A stretch of DNA of 64,000 nt from Dendrobates tinctorius (lineage: Eukaryota), in assembly GCF_039654945.1 (NCBI RefSeq), contig NW_027361688.1, positions 1,178,001-1,242,000 of the forward strand, in the 5' to 3' direction. Numbering within the stretch: position 1 is the first letter of the stretch; each line of letters begins with the position of its first letter. This document shows, piece by piece, positions 40,377-53,464 of this stretch. A model generated the notes under the pieces. The model worked only from the letters and a program-made list of their open reading frames with translations. It ran no database searches and was not told where the DNA came from. A program made the translations under genes and the position numbers.

Positions 40377-41875
40377 ATACATGAAGGCTTTAGCCCAGTC
40401 ACTTCTCACCTACTGAACCCATTTTCTCAGAACTGGGTCCTAGTGCCCTCTGCCCCCACTGTTCTGCTGGTAATAGGAGAGGATGGGCTATTAACTCTTT
40501 CAGTGCTCAGCAACATTTTCAGTATTTTCGCATTGTTCTGGTCTGAGCTCTCTGCATTTCCCCTGATATTACACACCCTTCACTCCCCAGACCGGTGATG
40601 GCTCCTGATCAATAGGCTGATCTATTTCTAGGAATGAATCTCACATTGTCATCAATGGAGACGCCGATCACTTGATTATAGCGGCGGGAGATACATGATC
40701 ACAGCACAGTATGGAGGGTATATAGCAGTATATGGGGGTTATGGCACTATATGGAGGAATACAGTAGTGATGTCAGTGTATAGAGCAATATATGAGGGTA
40801 GACGGCTCAATATGAAAGGGGTACATTGCTATTTTGCGATATTCAGCAGGAAATGGGAGGGTATGTAACATTATATAAGGGGTTATAAAGAAGGATATGG
40901 AAGGTATACATCACTAAATGGTAAAAAAAAAAAAAAAAAACACCTGGAAAGAGGCAGAGATGGTGCCCAGGCCTCAAAACACAAGCACTATCAGGGTGCA
41001 GTGGGCCCAATTAAAGATGCCGATGGGACAGGCGGCCTACAATCGAGGGGTGGCTGCTAGAGTTGAGCGAAACGGGTCGAAAAATTTCAAAAGTCGCCGA
41101 CTTTTGGCAAAGTCGGGTTTCATGAAACGAAACCCGACCCTGGGATGAGATCGGCCACGAGGTCGGCGACTTACGCGCCAAAGTCGCGTTTCAAAAGTTT
41201 GTTTTGCGCTCTTTTTCAGCCAATCAGGATCCACGGACACTGTGGGCAACGTGATGACATAGGCACGGGTCACCACCATCTTTCAGAAGGGCATGCAAGT
41301 GATTGGCTTGCTTTGGGGGGCATCACAGGGGGTATAAAAGGGCGTGCACGCCGACCGCCATGTTACTCATGCTGATCTCAGAATAGGGAGAGCTGCTGCT
41401 GCTGATGATTTTGTAGGGAGAGCGTTAGGCAGGGAAGAAGACACCAAAAACTGCTTCTGCTGCTAGCGATTTTGCCTGTACAACACACCAGTCACTGTGT
41501 GTGCAGTGCAAGGGGAGGCTATATTGTGGTGTATCAGTGGTGTTGGTTGTTGGGCTGCCTTCTAAGGCTTCCTGACATTCCTGCATTGCTGTTTACCCAC
41601 TGCTCCGCAAACTGCTTTTTTAAAAGCAATCCCAATTTTTTTTTTTGTCCTGCTGAGGTACTGAGCGTGCATTTTTTCAGACCATACAGCGGTGTACGCT
41701 CCTCACACAGTACCGTGTAACGGCTGTTATCACAGCCACAGTGAAGCTATCAGTGTGTCACTCTGTGAGAATAAAACGAGGACATGTTCCGTTCTTACAG
41801 AGCAGCACTCTAGGGAGATTCCTATTCTGCCCAATTCTACATATACCTTGTAGTTTGTGATACACTAGCCAATTT

Positions 41876-43525
41876 CTGCCTGTGACATAGCTCTGTGATA
41901 TTCAGTGGGCCTCACACAATCCATAAGTGTCCAGTGTCCACAAGTGTCTGCAGAAATTCAAAATCTCCCTTATCCTCTAGTCACTTTGGTCACAGCTGTG
42001 CCATCGAGCCTGTGACATAGCGCTCAGATATTCAGTGGGCCTCACACAATCCAAAAGTGTCCAGTGTCCACAAGTGTCTGCAGAAATTCAAAATCTCCCT
42101 TATCCTCTAGTCACTTTGGTCACAGCTGTGCCATCGAGCCTGTGACAGAGCGCTCAGATATCAGTGGGCCTCACACAATCCAAAAGTGTCCAGTGTCCAC
42201 AAGTGTCTGCTGAAATTCAAAATCTCCCTTATCCTCTAGTCACTTTTGTCACAGCTGTGCCATCGAGCCTGTGACATAGCGCTCAGATATCAGTGGGCCT
42301 CACACAATCCAAAAGTGTCCAGTGTCCACAAGTGTCTGCAGAAATTCAAAATCTCCCTTATCATCTCGTCACTTTTGTCACAGCTGTGCCATTGAGCCTG
42401 TCACATAGCGCTCAGATATTCATTGGGCCTCACACAATCCAAAAGTGTCCAGTGTCCACAAGTGTCTGCTGAAATTCAAAATCTCCCTTATCCTCTAGTC
42501 ACTTTTGTCACAGCTGTGCCATCGAGCCTGTGACATAGCGCTCAGATATCAGTGGGCCTCACACAATCCAAAAGTGTCCAGTGTCCACAAGTGTCTGCAG
42601 AAATTCAAAATCTCCCTTATCCTCTCGTCACTTTTGTCACAGCTGTGCCATCGAGCCTGTCACATAGCGCTCAGATATTCATTGGGCCTCACACAATCCA
42701 AAAGTGTCCAGTGTCCACAAGTGTCTGCTGAAATTCAAAATCTCACTTATCCTCTAGTCACTTTGGTCACAGCTGTGCCATCGAGCCTGTGACATAGCGC
42801 TCAGATATCAGTGGGCCTCACACAATCCAAAAGTGTCCAGTGTCCACAAGTGTCTGCAGAAATTCAAAATCTCCCTTATCCTCTCGTCACTTTTGTCACA
42901 GCTGTGCCATCGAGCCTGTCACATAGCGCTCAGATATTCATTGGGCCTCACACAATCCAAAAGTGTCCAGTGTCCACAAGTGTCTGCTGAAATTCAAAAT
43001 CTCCCTTATCCTCTAGTCACTTTTGTCACAGCTGTGCCATCGAGCCTGTGACATAGCGCTCAGATATCAGTGGGCCTCACACAATCCAAAAGTGTCCAGT
43101 GTCCACAAGTGTCTGCAGAAATTCAAAATCTCCCTTATCCTCTCGTCACTTTTGTCACAGCTGTGCCATCGAGCCTGTCACATAGCGCTCAGATATTCAT
43201 TGGGCCTCACACAATCCAAAAGTGTCCAGTGTCCACAAGTGTCTGCAGAAATTCAAAATCTCCCTTATCCTCTCGTCACTTTTGTCACAGCTGTGCCATC
43301 GAGCCTGTCACATAGCGCTCAGATATTCATTGGGCCTCACACAATCCAAAAGTGTCCAGTGTCCACAAGTGTCTGCTGAAATTCAAAATCTCACTTATCC
43401 TCTAGTCACTTTGGTCACAGCTGTGCCATCGAGCCTGTGACATAGCGCTCAGATATCAGTGGGCCTCACACAATCCAAAAGTGTCCAGTGTCCACAAGTG
43501 TCTGCAGAAATTCAAAATCTCCCCT
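41876..43525. repeat. Satellite array 1 inside the hAT, 129/130-bp unit, about 12.5 copies
   Basis: Unit GCCTGTGACATAGCGCTCAGATAT...CACAATCCAAAAGTGTCCAGTGTCCACAAG...; partly alternating variants give a 259-bp period. Confidence 0.93.
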
Positions 43526-43599
43526 GTCCTATAGACACCTTGTACCTTGTTTTACATTACTATATAGTTTGTTGGATTTTGTCTACATTTCTACCAAAA

Positions 43600-46500
43600 A
43601 TGAGGAAGGCTGGTGGAAGAGGCCGTGGAATTGGGCGGGGGTTGGCAGCTGGTAATGATGGTGTTGGTGGTGGATCTGATGGTAGTGGCAAGAGCAAAAT
43701 AGGACCGAATGCAGGAGGTGTTGAGCCTGCGTCATCGTCTGGTTACATAAGGCCTCGAACGCTTAGTTTTCTAGGAGTTGGCAAACCGCTTTTAAAGCCA
43801 GAGCATCAGGAAAAAGTTTTGTCTTACATTGCTGACTCAGCCTCCAGCTCTATCGCCTCCTCTTCTTTAGTTGTAAAAAGTAAAAGCACTGAGTCGTCAT
43901 TGGAGGCTCATGTTCATGAACCACACCTTTCCTTGTGTCCTTCACCCCAACCAAGATTGAAGGATGACGCAGGCCATACTACTGATTACTCCATGAAGCT
44001 GTTTTCACATACCATGCCTGGATTATCAAGTGAAATGGTGAATTACCCAGGCCAAGATGAATCTGACATGGAGTGCACTGATGCACAGCCGCTGATGGAT
44101 GATTCTGCTGGTACATTCACTCAGAGCACTACATTGTCCTCGCAGTGTACAGAGCCAGATTCTGACCCTGATGAGACTCAGGTGCCCCTTCCCGCACACT
44201 ATACCACCATACACGGTGACACAGAGGAAGGTGCACATGACATAGAAGAGGAGGTGATGGATGACCCAGTTGTTGACCCAGATTGGCATCCATTGGGGGA
44301 AGAGGGTGCTGCTTCCAATAGCTCAGATGAGGAGCATCCACAGCAGACATCGACATCGCAACAGCTGTTATCTGGCAGGCCCGGAGCACTCCAAAGACAG
44401 GTTCCAAACATCAAAAGAGTTGCTGGACAGCTTGTCCAGAGGGTCAAAAGATCACAGTGTGCTAGGCCGCAAAATGTCTGCCAAAGTAGGAAGAGTGCAG
44501 TGTGGCACTTTTTTGAACAAAATCCTCATGATCAGGCCAAGGTTATGTGTAAGAAGTGCGCAAAGACCTTTAGCCGAGGGAAAAATCTGAAAAATTTGAA
44601 TACCAGTTGCATGCTTAGACATTTAACCAGCATGCACTTGCAAGCGTGGACACAACACCAAACCTCAAGTGCCACATGTGCAACTGATCACAACGAAGGT
44701 AGTCAGCAACGCTGCATTGTTTCCCCCACTGTAAGCCCACCGGTTAGCACAGCAGCAAATGTTGAGGTGTCGTTGCAAGGCCACAGCAGTCAGGGAATCC
44801 CACTGTTATATCAACAAAAGACTGATTCTAGGCCATCAGAAAGAACACCAACTCCATCACCATCATCAACCCTCTCTCAGTCCGCCCTGTCCACCGCTAC
44901 TTCCACCATAGGAGCTCTCAAGTCCAGCTCACCCTCCCAGACACTATGAGTAGGTCAAGAAAGTACTCAGTCTCTCATCCGCGTACACTGGGTTTGAACG
45001 CCCACATTGCCAAACTAATCTCGTTTGAGATGATGCCCTTTCGGTTGGTGGAAAGCGCAGCTTTCCGCGAACTCATGGCCTATGCAGTACCACGCTATGA
45101 CCTACCCAGTCGCCACTTCTTCTCTCGCAAAGCCATCCCAGCCCTCCACCATCATGTGAAAGACCGCATTGTCCATGCACTCAAGCAGTCAGTGAGCGGA
45201 AAGGTGCACCTCACAACTGATGCATGGTCCAGTCGGCATGGCCAGGGCCGTTACGTGTCCATCACTGCGCACTGGGTTAATGTGGTGGATGCAGGGTCCA
45301 CAGGGGACAGCGGTGGTGGGACAGTGCTGCCTAGCCCACAGTATAGGAAACAGTTGGCTGTAGGCGTTCGACCCTCCTCCTCCTCCAGAAGCGAAAGCTC
45401 GTCCACAGAGCGCAGTCGTACGAGCACTCCATCTGCAGTTGCCACTGTTGCACACGAGGTGTCCCCCTATCGAGCAGCTAGTGGAAAGCGTCAGCAGGCA
45501 GTGTTGCAGATGATGTGTTTGGGCGGCAGACACACCGCCGAGGTGCTGGCCGAGTACTTTCAGCGACAAACTGAGTCATGGCTGGGCAGTGTACATCTTG
45601 AGGCAGGCAAGGTAGTTAGTGATAACGGGCGTAATTTTGTGGCAGCCATAGCCCTTTCAAAACTCAGCCACATACCTTGCTTGGCTCACACCTTGAACCT
45701 GGTGGTGCAGTGCTTCCTCAAAAATTATCTGGAGTTAAAAGCCCTGCTCCAGAAGGTGCGAAGACTGTGCGCGCACATCCGCCGGTCGCCTGTACACTCC
45801 GTTCGTATGCAGAAGCTGCAGCGATTGCTCCACCTTCCCAACCACCGCCTCATTATCGACATTGCAACAAGGTGGAACTCCACCTTGCACATGGTGGAGC
45901 GGCTGTGCAAGCAGAGGCAGGCCATAATGCATTTGTGGGAGGAACTTTGAGAGCAGACATGGAGTTGACCGGTGTGCAGTGGTCGAAGCTGAAAGACCTC
46001 TGTAAAGTCCTTCAGTGTTTTGAGGAATGCACACGGCTGGTAAGTGCAGACGACGCCATCCTAAGCATGAGCATCCCACTTATGCGTCTGCTCATGCAAA
46101 CTTTGACGCACCTTAAGGAGCAGGCGTCTGCAGCCAATGTTGATGAGGAGGAAGAGGAGGAGGGAATCCTTGATGACATTCAGCCATTGTCTGCTCAGGG
46201 ACCTCTCCTGGACGAGGTGGAGGAAGAAGAGGAGGAGGAGGAGGATGATGGGGATGATTACTTAGGGGAGGAGGATGCATCTCGTGGGGCAAGTGAAAAT
46301 GTTGGCGTGGCAAGGTCTGGTACAGGGTTTGTGCGTGACTGGAGGGATGTGGATTTGCCAGAAAGTGCTCCTCCAACCAGCACTCGCAGTGCATCATTGA
46401 CACCGGGAACATTGGCCCACATGTCAGATTATGCCTTGCAGATCCTAAAAAGGGACCCCCGCATTGCCAAAATGATGAACGATGACGACTACTGGTTGGC

Positions 46501-47117
46501 CAGCATCCTGGATCCACGCTATAAAGGCAAATTACAAAACATCATGCCACAGGAGAACCTTGACCTAATATTGGCTAATAAACAAGCAACTCTGGTAAAT
46601 CGGTTGCTTGAGGCATTCCCAGCACACAGCAGCGGTGATGGTTCTCACACGAGCCGTACGGGCCGGGGGCAGCTTGGCAGAGGTGTTCGTGGTGCACACA
46701 GCAGAAGTGGCGTTGGAGACAGGGGTTTCATGACAATGTTGTGGACTGATTTTTCAAGTACCGCTCACACAACTGGTAATACTGCATCGATGGAAAGTGA
46801 CAGGAGACAGCAGTTGTCAACTATGGTTACAAACTACTTTTCCTCCCATATCGATGCTCTCCCACAGGTCATTCCCCTTTGACTATTGGGCCGCTAAACT
46901 GGACACCTGGCCTGAATTGGCCCAATATGCCTTACAGGAGCTCGCTTGCCCAGCTGCAAGTGTGCTATCGGAAAGAGACTTCAGTGCAGCTGGATCAATC
47001 CTGACAGAAAAAAGGACCCGTCTGTCAACCCAAAATGTGGATGATCTAACCTTCATTAAAATGAACCACGCATGGGTTTCCAAGGATTTTGTCCCATCTT
47101 CCCCTGATGACACATAG
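43600..47117 (+). pseudogene. hAT transposase (ZBED-like) with about 3 frameshifts
   Basis: BED finger (VWHFF..CKKC..TSCMLRHLTSMH), LTTDAWSS, VSDNG, CLAHTLNL, TRWNST, LDPRYK, C-terminal dimerisation region ACPAASVLSERDFSAAG. Confidence 0.92.
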
Positions 47118-47559
47118 GGTGACAGAAAAATGGTTTGCTTTGGTCCACCTCTTCCTGGGACTTGACCTATTTCACCTTTTGCATCAGCTGAATGTCCAAC
47201 ATCAACATATGCCACTTTCTAAAACTCCCTAACTGTGCTGCCTCCCCCCCCCCCCATGGCCGGGGTCACCACCTAGCGCACGACACTGTGCGAGTGCCGT
47301 TGCCCTGGACAGGTGGGTAGGCTGACTCTTGGGCGCGGGCACTGGCACAGGGTCCTTCATAGTGCAATCAAGTGTCTCTGACGGTGGTGGTGCACACCCG
47401 CCGTCAGACACACCGCCGTACTATGAGGGGCCCAGTGCCAGTACCGACGCCCACGAGTGGGCCCCCCTTGCTTGGGCAGGGCCCCAGCATTTGCAATCTT
47501 TACCTCTCCCTGCTCCTCCGCTGTGTAGTCTGGGCCGTCAAATCCATACTGTGCCTGAC

Positions 47560-49746
47560 ACCGTCTGAGCCTGCCTCCTGATGTATAGACATATATTTTG
47601 AATGTGTACGCTATCCATACATGTTATCCGGGGAAACGGTACCCTTTCTAACCTTTGTGCAATCACGTGCAATCCATACTGGGCCTAACACCGTCTGAGC
47701 CTGCCTCCTGATGTATAGACATATATTTTGAATGTGTACGCTATCCATACATGTTATCTGGGGATACCGTACCCTTTCTAACCTTTGTGCAATCACGTGC
47801 AATCCATACTGGGCCTAACACCGTCTGAGCCTGCCTCCTGATGTATAGACATATATTTTGAATGTGTACGCTATCCATACATGTTATCCGGGGAAACGGT
47901 ACCCTTTCTAACCTTTGTGCAATCACGTGCAATCCATACTAGGCCTAACACCGTCTGAGCCTGCCTCCTGATGTATAGACATATATTTTGAATGTGTACG
48001 CTATCCATACATGTTATCTGGGGATACGGTACCCTTTCTAACCTTTGTGCAATCACGTGTAATCCATACTGGGCCTAACACCGTCTGAGCCTGCTTCCTG
48101 ATGTATAGACATATATTTTGAATGTGTATGCTATCCATACATGTTATCCGGGGATACGGTACCCTTTCTAACCTTTGTGCAATCACGTGCAATCCTTACT
48201 GGGCCTAACACCGTCTGAGCCTGCCTCCTGATGTATAGACATATATTTTGAATGTGTACGCTATCCATACGTTATCTGGGGATACGGTACCCTTTCTAAC
48301 CTTTGTGCAATCACGTGCAATCCATACTGGGCCTAACACCGTCTGAGCCTGCCTCCTGATGTATAGACATATATTTTGAATGTGTACGCTATCCATACAT
48401 GTTATCCGGGGATACGGTACCCTTTCTAACCTTTGTGCAATCACGTGCAATCCATACTGGGCCTAACACCGTCTGAGCTTGCCTCCTGATGTATAGACAT
48501 ATATTTTGAATGTGTACGCTATCCATACATGTTATCTGGGGATACGGTACCCTTTCTAACCTTTGTGCAATCACGTGCAATCCATACTGGGCCTAACACC
48601 GTCTGAGCCTGCCTCCTGATGTATAGACATATATTTTGAATGTGTACGCTATCCATACATGTTATCCAGGGAAACGGTACCCTTTCTAACCTTTGTGCAA
48701 TCACGTGCAATCCATACTGGGCCTAACACCGTCTGAGCCTGCCTCCTGATGTATAGACATATATTTTGAATGTGTACGCTATCCATACATGTTATCTGGG
48801 GATATGGTACCCTTTCTAACCTTTGTGCAATCACGTGCAATCCATACTGGGCCTAACACCGTCTGAGCCTGCCTCCTGATGTATAGACATATATTTTGAA
48901 TGTGTACGCTATCCATACATGTTATCCGGGGAAACGGTACCCTTTCTAACCTTTGTGCAATCACGTGCAATCCATACTGGGCCTAACACCGTCTGAGCCT
49001 GCCTCCTGATGTATAGACATATTTTGAATGTGTACGCTATCCATACGTTATCTGGGGATACGGTACCCTTTCTAACATTTGTGCAATCACGTGTAATCCA
49101 TACTGGGCCTAACACCGTCTGAGCCTGCCTCCTGATGTATAGACATATATTTTGAATGTGTACGCTATCCATACATGTTATCCGGGGATTCGGTACCCTT
49201 TCTAACCTTTGTGCAATCACGTGCAATCCTTACTGGGCCTAACACCGTCTGAGCCTGCCTCCTGATGTATAGACATATTTTTAATGTGTACGCTATCCAT
49301 ACATGTTATCTGGGGATACGGTACCCTTTCTAACCTTTGTGCAATCCATACTGGGCCTAACACCGTCTGAGCCTGCCTCCTGATGTATAGACATATATTT
49401 TGAATGTGTACGCTATCCATACATGTTATCCGGGGATACGGTACCCTTTCTAACCTTTGTGCAATCACGTGCAATCCATACTGGGCCTAACACCATCTGA
49501 GCCTGCCTCCTGATGTATAGACATATATTTTGAATGTGTACGCTATCCATACATGTTATCCGGGGATACGGTACCCTTTCTAACCTTTGTGCAATCACGT
49601 GCAATCCATACTGGGCCTAACACCGTCTGAGCCTGCCTCCTGATGTATAGACATATATTTTGAATGTGTACGCTATCCATACATGTTATCTGGGGATACG
49701 GTACCCTTTCTCACCTTTGTGCAATCACGTGTAATCCATACTGGGC
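47560..49746. repeat. Satellite array 2 inside the hAT, 130-bp unit, about 17 copies
   Basis: Unit CCGTCTGAGCCTGCCTCCTGATGTATAGACATATATTTTGAATGTGTACG...GGTACCCTTTCTAACC...GGGCCTAACA. Confidence 0.95.
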
Positions 49747-49854
49747 GTGAGAACGGCTGGTCGAGCTGTTAAGCATGCTACAGCACCTGTGGTTTGCACA
49801 CGTAAGTTTTTCATTTTTTCAGGAATGACGGTTAGGCCTAATTCCGGAACTGCG

Positions 49855-50335
49855 GTTGACCTGCACTTACTGGGAAATCATTGTTCACGGGTAATAATTG
49901 TAATCAGTGATCCCCATCACTAACGTTGTTCAGCGGGTTATCTGCACCTGTAAGCGACAAACGCTGGCCTTTTCAGTGTAGCGCACATGCAGCCACGGAC
50001 ATGTAAGGGCATGACACACCAGTTATTGGCCAATCTCATGTGCCAGAGCCTCACGTGTCCCTCTAGTAAGCCGGACTCGGACCGCGGGGCATGACAGAGT
50101 CTCGTTCGTTAACGGAATTAAGCTTGCAATGTGTGCATCTGTTCTGTAGCTGGCATGGTTGAGGTTTCCCAGGTGGAGTCGAATTTAACCGTAGGCTCCA
50201 CTCCTGGTGGTGCCCTTCTGGACATTCCTTTAAGGTTCAGCTTTGCAACCATAATGCCCACGTAAAACAAACACTTTGCCTTCATGAACGCTGTTTGGAG
50301 GGTCATGACTCGTGGGAATAACGCCGCCCAATCAG
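49855..50335 (-). pseudogene. Degenerate 18S rRNA gene fragment (3' half)
   Basis: Reverse-complement matches to conserved 18S tracts: GCACTTACTGGGAA, GGACAT(G)TAAGGGCAT, GTCTCGTTCGTTA, GGCTCCACTCCTGGTGGTGCCCTTC, TTCAGCTTTGCAACCATA. Confidence 0.88.
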
Positions 50336-52435
50336 TTAACCTGCTAGAGAGATCGTTCGTTGCTCCCAAGCATGACATCACACTCCCTAGGAAGGTAATG
50401 CCACTGTGGCGACCGTACTCCTGGGGGCGACACAAGTGCACTGATGCCCAGCCACTGCTCGATGAATCTGTTGGTACATTGACCCAGACCACTACATTCC
50501 CCTCGCACGCTACACGACCTGAATCTGACCCTGATGAAACTCAGGTTATCCTTCCCATATACAGTTCCATCTTACACGGTGACAAAGAGGAAGCTGCAGA
50601 TGAAAGTGCAGGTTCGGCCCACCCGCCATCAGACACACCACCGTACTATCAGGGGCCCTGTGTCAGTGCCGTCGCCAACGAGTGGGTCCCCCCTGCTTGC
50701 TCAGGATCACAGCACTTGCAAAGTTGAAATACTGTGCTGTGAGATGGAAGATGGGGACGACGAGGAGTCCAGACAAGTACAGGGATTCCCTAGCGAGGAG
50801 ACTTATTTGATTGTTTTCAATGTTGGGACAGCAATTTTTGGGGAGCAATATACTCTGGAGAATGATAGATGGGGCCCACCATACACTGGAACATTCCAAA
50901 GGTGGACATCAGAGACTGGAGCAGCATTTACAGGGCCCATTATACACTAGAGCATTAGAAATGGGGCCCATTATGTTTGGAGCATTATTTGGGCCCATAA
51001 GACAGTGGAGCTTCATCCATGGGGACCAACATATACTGTAGCATTATGTGGAGCTCATCATATACTGTTTCAAACATTATATGGGACCAATGATTCTGTA
51101 TGGAGAAATAGATGGGCCTCGTCATGAGATGTAAAAAGTGAAGTATTTTTCATTGTACTATACCGCTATTTCTCTGCCGTATCGGAGCATGATGAGTTGT
51201 GGTATGTGTTAAAGGGGCGCTCTTTCGCCCAGGGCACATGAAAACCTGCAGCCAGCCCTCCCCCCCACAACTTTAGCCAAATAACCCCCATTTTTCAGTG
51301 CGTAACTTGTATTATGAAGTAAATTAAGGTTGACAAGCTTAAGAAGAATTGATGCTTTTGGCATTCAAATGGGCACTGTAGGTGTGTTTCCTGTCCTCTC
51401 ACTGCCGACTTTTATTCCCCATTGACTTACATTGGGTTTCGTGTTTTGGGACGACCCCGACTTTTCCCTATAATCGGACGATCTTGCTCGACCCGACTTT
51501 TGGAAAAGTCGGGTTTCACGAAACAAAACTCGACCCTAAAAAAACAAAAGTCGCTCAACTCTAGTGGCTGCATAGCGCTATGTGGGGTATATTGAATGAT
51601 ATGGTGGGTATCTAGCACTATATAGAGGTACACGTTATATAGTATAATCTGGAATTAGGCAGCAGGATATGGAGGGTAAACACTGGTAAATTGGGAGCAT
51701 TAAGCACTGTATGGGGCACACAGCACTATCTGGTGTACACAGCATTATATGGAGCTATGCAGCAGAAGAGCACTATTTGGGGGTAACAGGGAGAGTATTT
51801 GGCACTCTGGGAATATACAACATAAGGGAGGGAATTAATAAAGCACTGTGGACGGTAAACAGCACTCTATGGGGATTTTCAGCATTAAATAGAATGTACG
51901 CCGCGCTATATAGTGGCACATGGCACAGAGAATCATATGGGAAGTGTAAAGCACTGTATGGAGGCTACACAGCAGTATATAGCAACTTATGGATGGTATA
52001 TAGAAACATCTGAAGGGTATAAATCAGTAAGATTACGCATGGGTATATCAGGGTATACAGCACGAGGTCACCGGGGAGGAGTCCGCTCTGTGACTGGATG
52101 TAACGCCCCAGAGATAAAAGCGGGAAAATGACAGGAAAAAGTGCGGGAAATTCAAAACCCCCAACAGCTCTGTGCTCCGCCCACATGTGAGAAGCCGCAG
52201 CTCCTGCTGCTGGGGGAGGGGCTGGAGACCGCGCTGTGCCCGGATGGATGCAGTCTGCTTTGCTCTACGGGAGACGGAAACACCGACCACTGAAGGGTTA
52301 ACACTGAGTGTCTGCGGGGAAGTGACCTTGTGGGCGGAGCCATAGCCCTACTGAGTGCTGATTGGCTGAGCACTGAATATGAAATTGCCGCCCAACGGCT
52401 GATAGTTTCTCCGCTCTTTGTTCCCCTCAGTGTAA

Positions 52436-52899
52436 GGCCTCTTTCACACTTCAGTTTTTTACAATCAGTCACAATCCGCCAGGTTTTGAAAAAAATGGAT
52501 CCGCAATTTTTTTTTGAGGATCCGTTTTTTTCCCCATTGACTTCCATTATTGGCAGATTGTGACGGATTGCCGTCCGTTGCATCCGTTTTTTTTGCGGAT
52601 CCGCCAAAAGTTGCCGTCCGTCACCATCCTCAAAGATTTCAAAACGGAGCTTGCAACGTTTTTTTCTCTGGCGGATCCTCTAGACATTGTTTTAACCCGA
52701 AATTCTTTCTGGGTGCCGGACAAAACAAAAAAAATTCTCTCTCTCTCCCAGGCTGCGATTCCTTTAAAAATCTGCTTTTGTCGGATCCGTCAACAAAACG
52801 GACGGGTGGCATCCGTTCTCATCAGTTCTACAACGGATCCGCCATCCGTCCTTTTGGCGGATTATGACTGATGCAAAAAACTGAAGTGTGAAAGAGGCC
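52436..52899. mobile_element. Harbinger-type MITE inserted in the repeated promoter module
   Basis: TIR GGCCTCTTTCACACTTCAGTTTTT; TSD TAA; empty site CAGTGTAACACGTGG in the copies near 32851 and 35355. Confidence 0.92.
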
Positions 52900-53464
52900 T
52901 AACACGTGGTGTCATGGCGGCGGCTCCTGTCAGGCTGAGGAGAGCTGTAGATTCCTCACTATGTGAGTATTGTGTGTACAGCATCATATGGCCGTATATA
53001 CCGCTCTGTATCGGGGTTACACTCCGCTGTAGGGAGTACTGCTAGTTATAATGTGAGCTGCCTGTTTTCTTTACCCCCAGTGGCAGTGGACATGACAGGA
53101 TTATACCCACTGTGCCAACCTCAGAGCGATTATACCTGTCTGTGGCCAAAAGTCATTTAACCCTTTCACTAACGCTCCTCGGTGCCCACTTTTGTTGCTG
53201 TCACGTGCATTTACATCCCGGTTTTCGCTGCTCCGTGTCTTATTACTGTAATTTTTGTTGCTAAACCTGAAAAAATGACGAAGAAACCAATGTCAGCAGT
53301 TATATTCCCCTGATATTACACACCCTTCATCCCCAGACCGGTGGAGGCTCCTGATCAATGATCAACTAAAGGCTGATCTATTTCTAGATCTGAATCTCAC
53401 ATTGTCATTAATGGAGAAGCCGATCACTTGATTATAGTGGCAGGAGATACATGAGCACAGTACA

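Larger units (their letters stand above)
41058..51563 (+). mobile_element. 10.5-kb hAT DNA transposon
   Basis: TIR TAGAGTTGAGCGA / TCGCTCAACTCTA; 8-bp TSD GTGGCTGC at 41050-41057 and 51564-51571; subterminal CCGACTTT motifs; internal transposase. Confidence 0.93.

Noticed and set aside
41876-49746. Regular arrays might be CRISPR-like, and they generate many repeated short ORFs
   Set aside because: Units repeat in full with no unique spacers; the ORFs are by-products of tandem repetition in eukaryotic DNA
49855-50335. Functional rRNA gene
   Set aside because: Partial, internally deleted and mutated in universally conserved tracts; recorded as a pseudogene fragment
53270-53320. Possible C/D snoRNA (ATGACGA...CTGA)
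   Set aside because: Too short, and the C-box-like motif is not conserved in the duplicate near 55580
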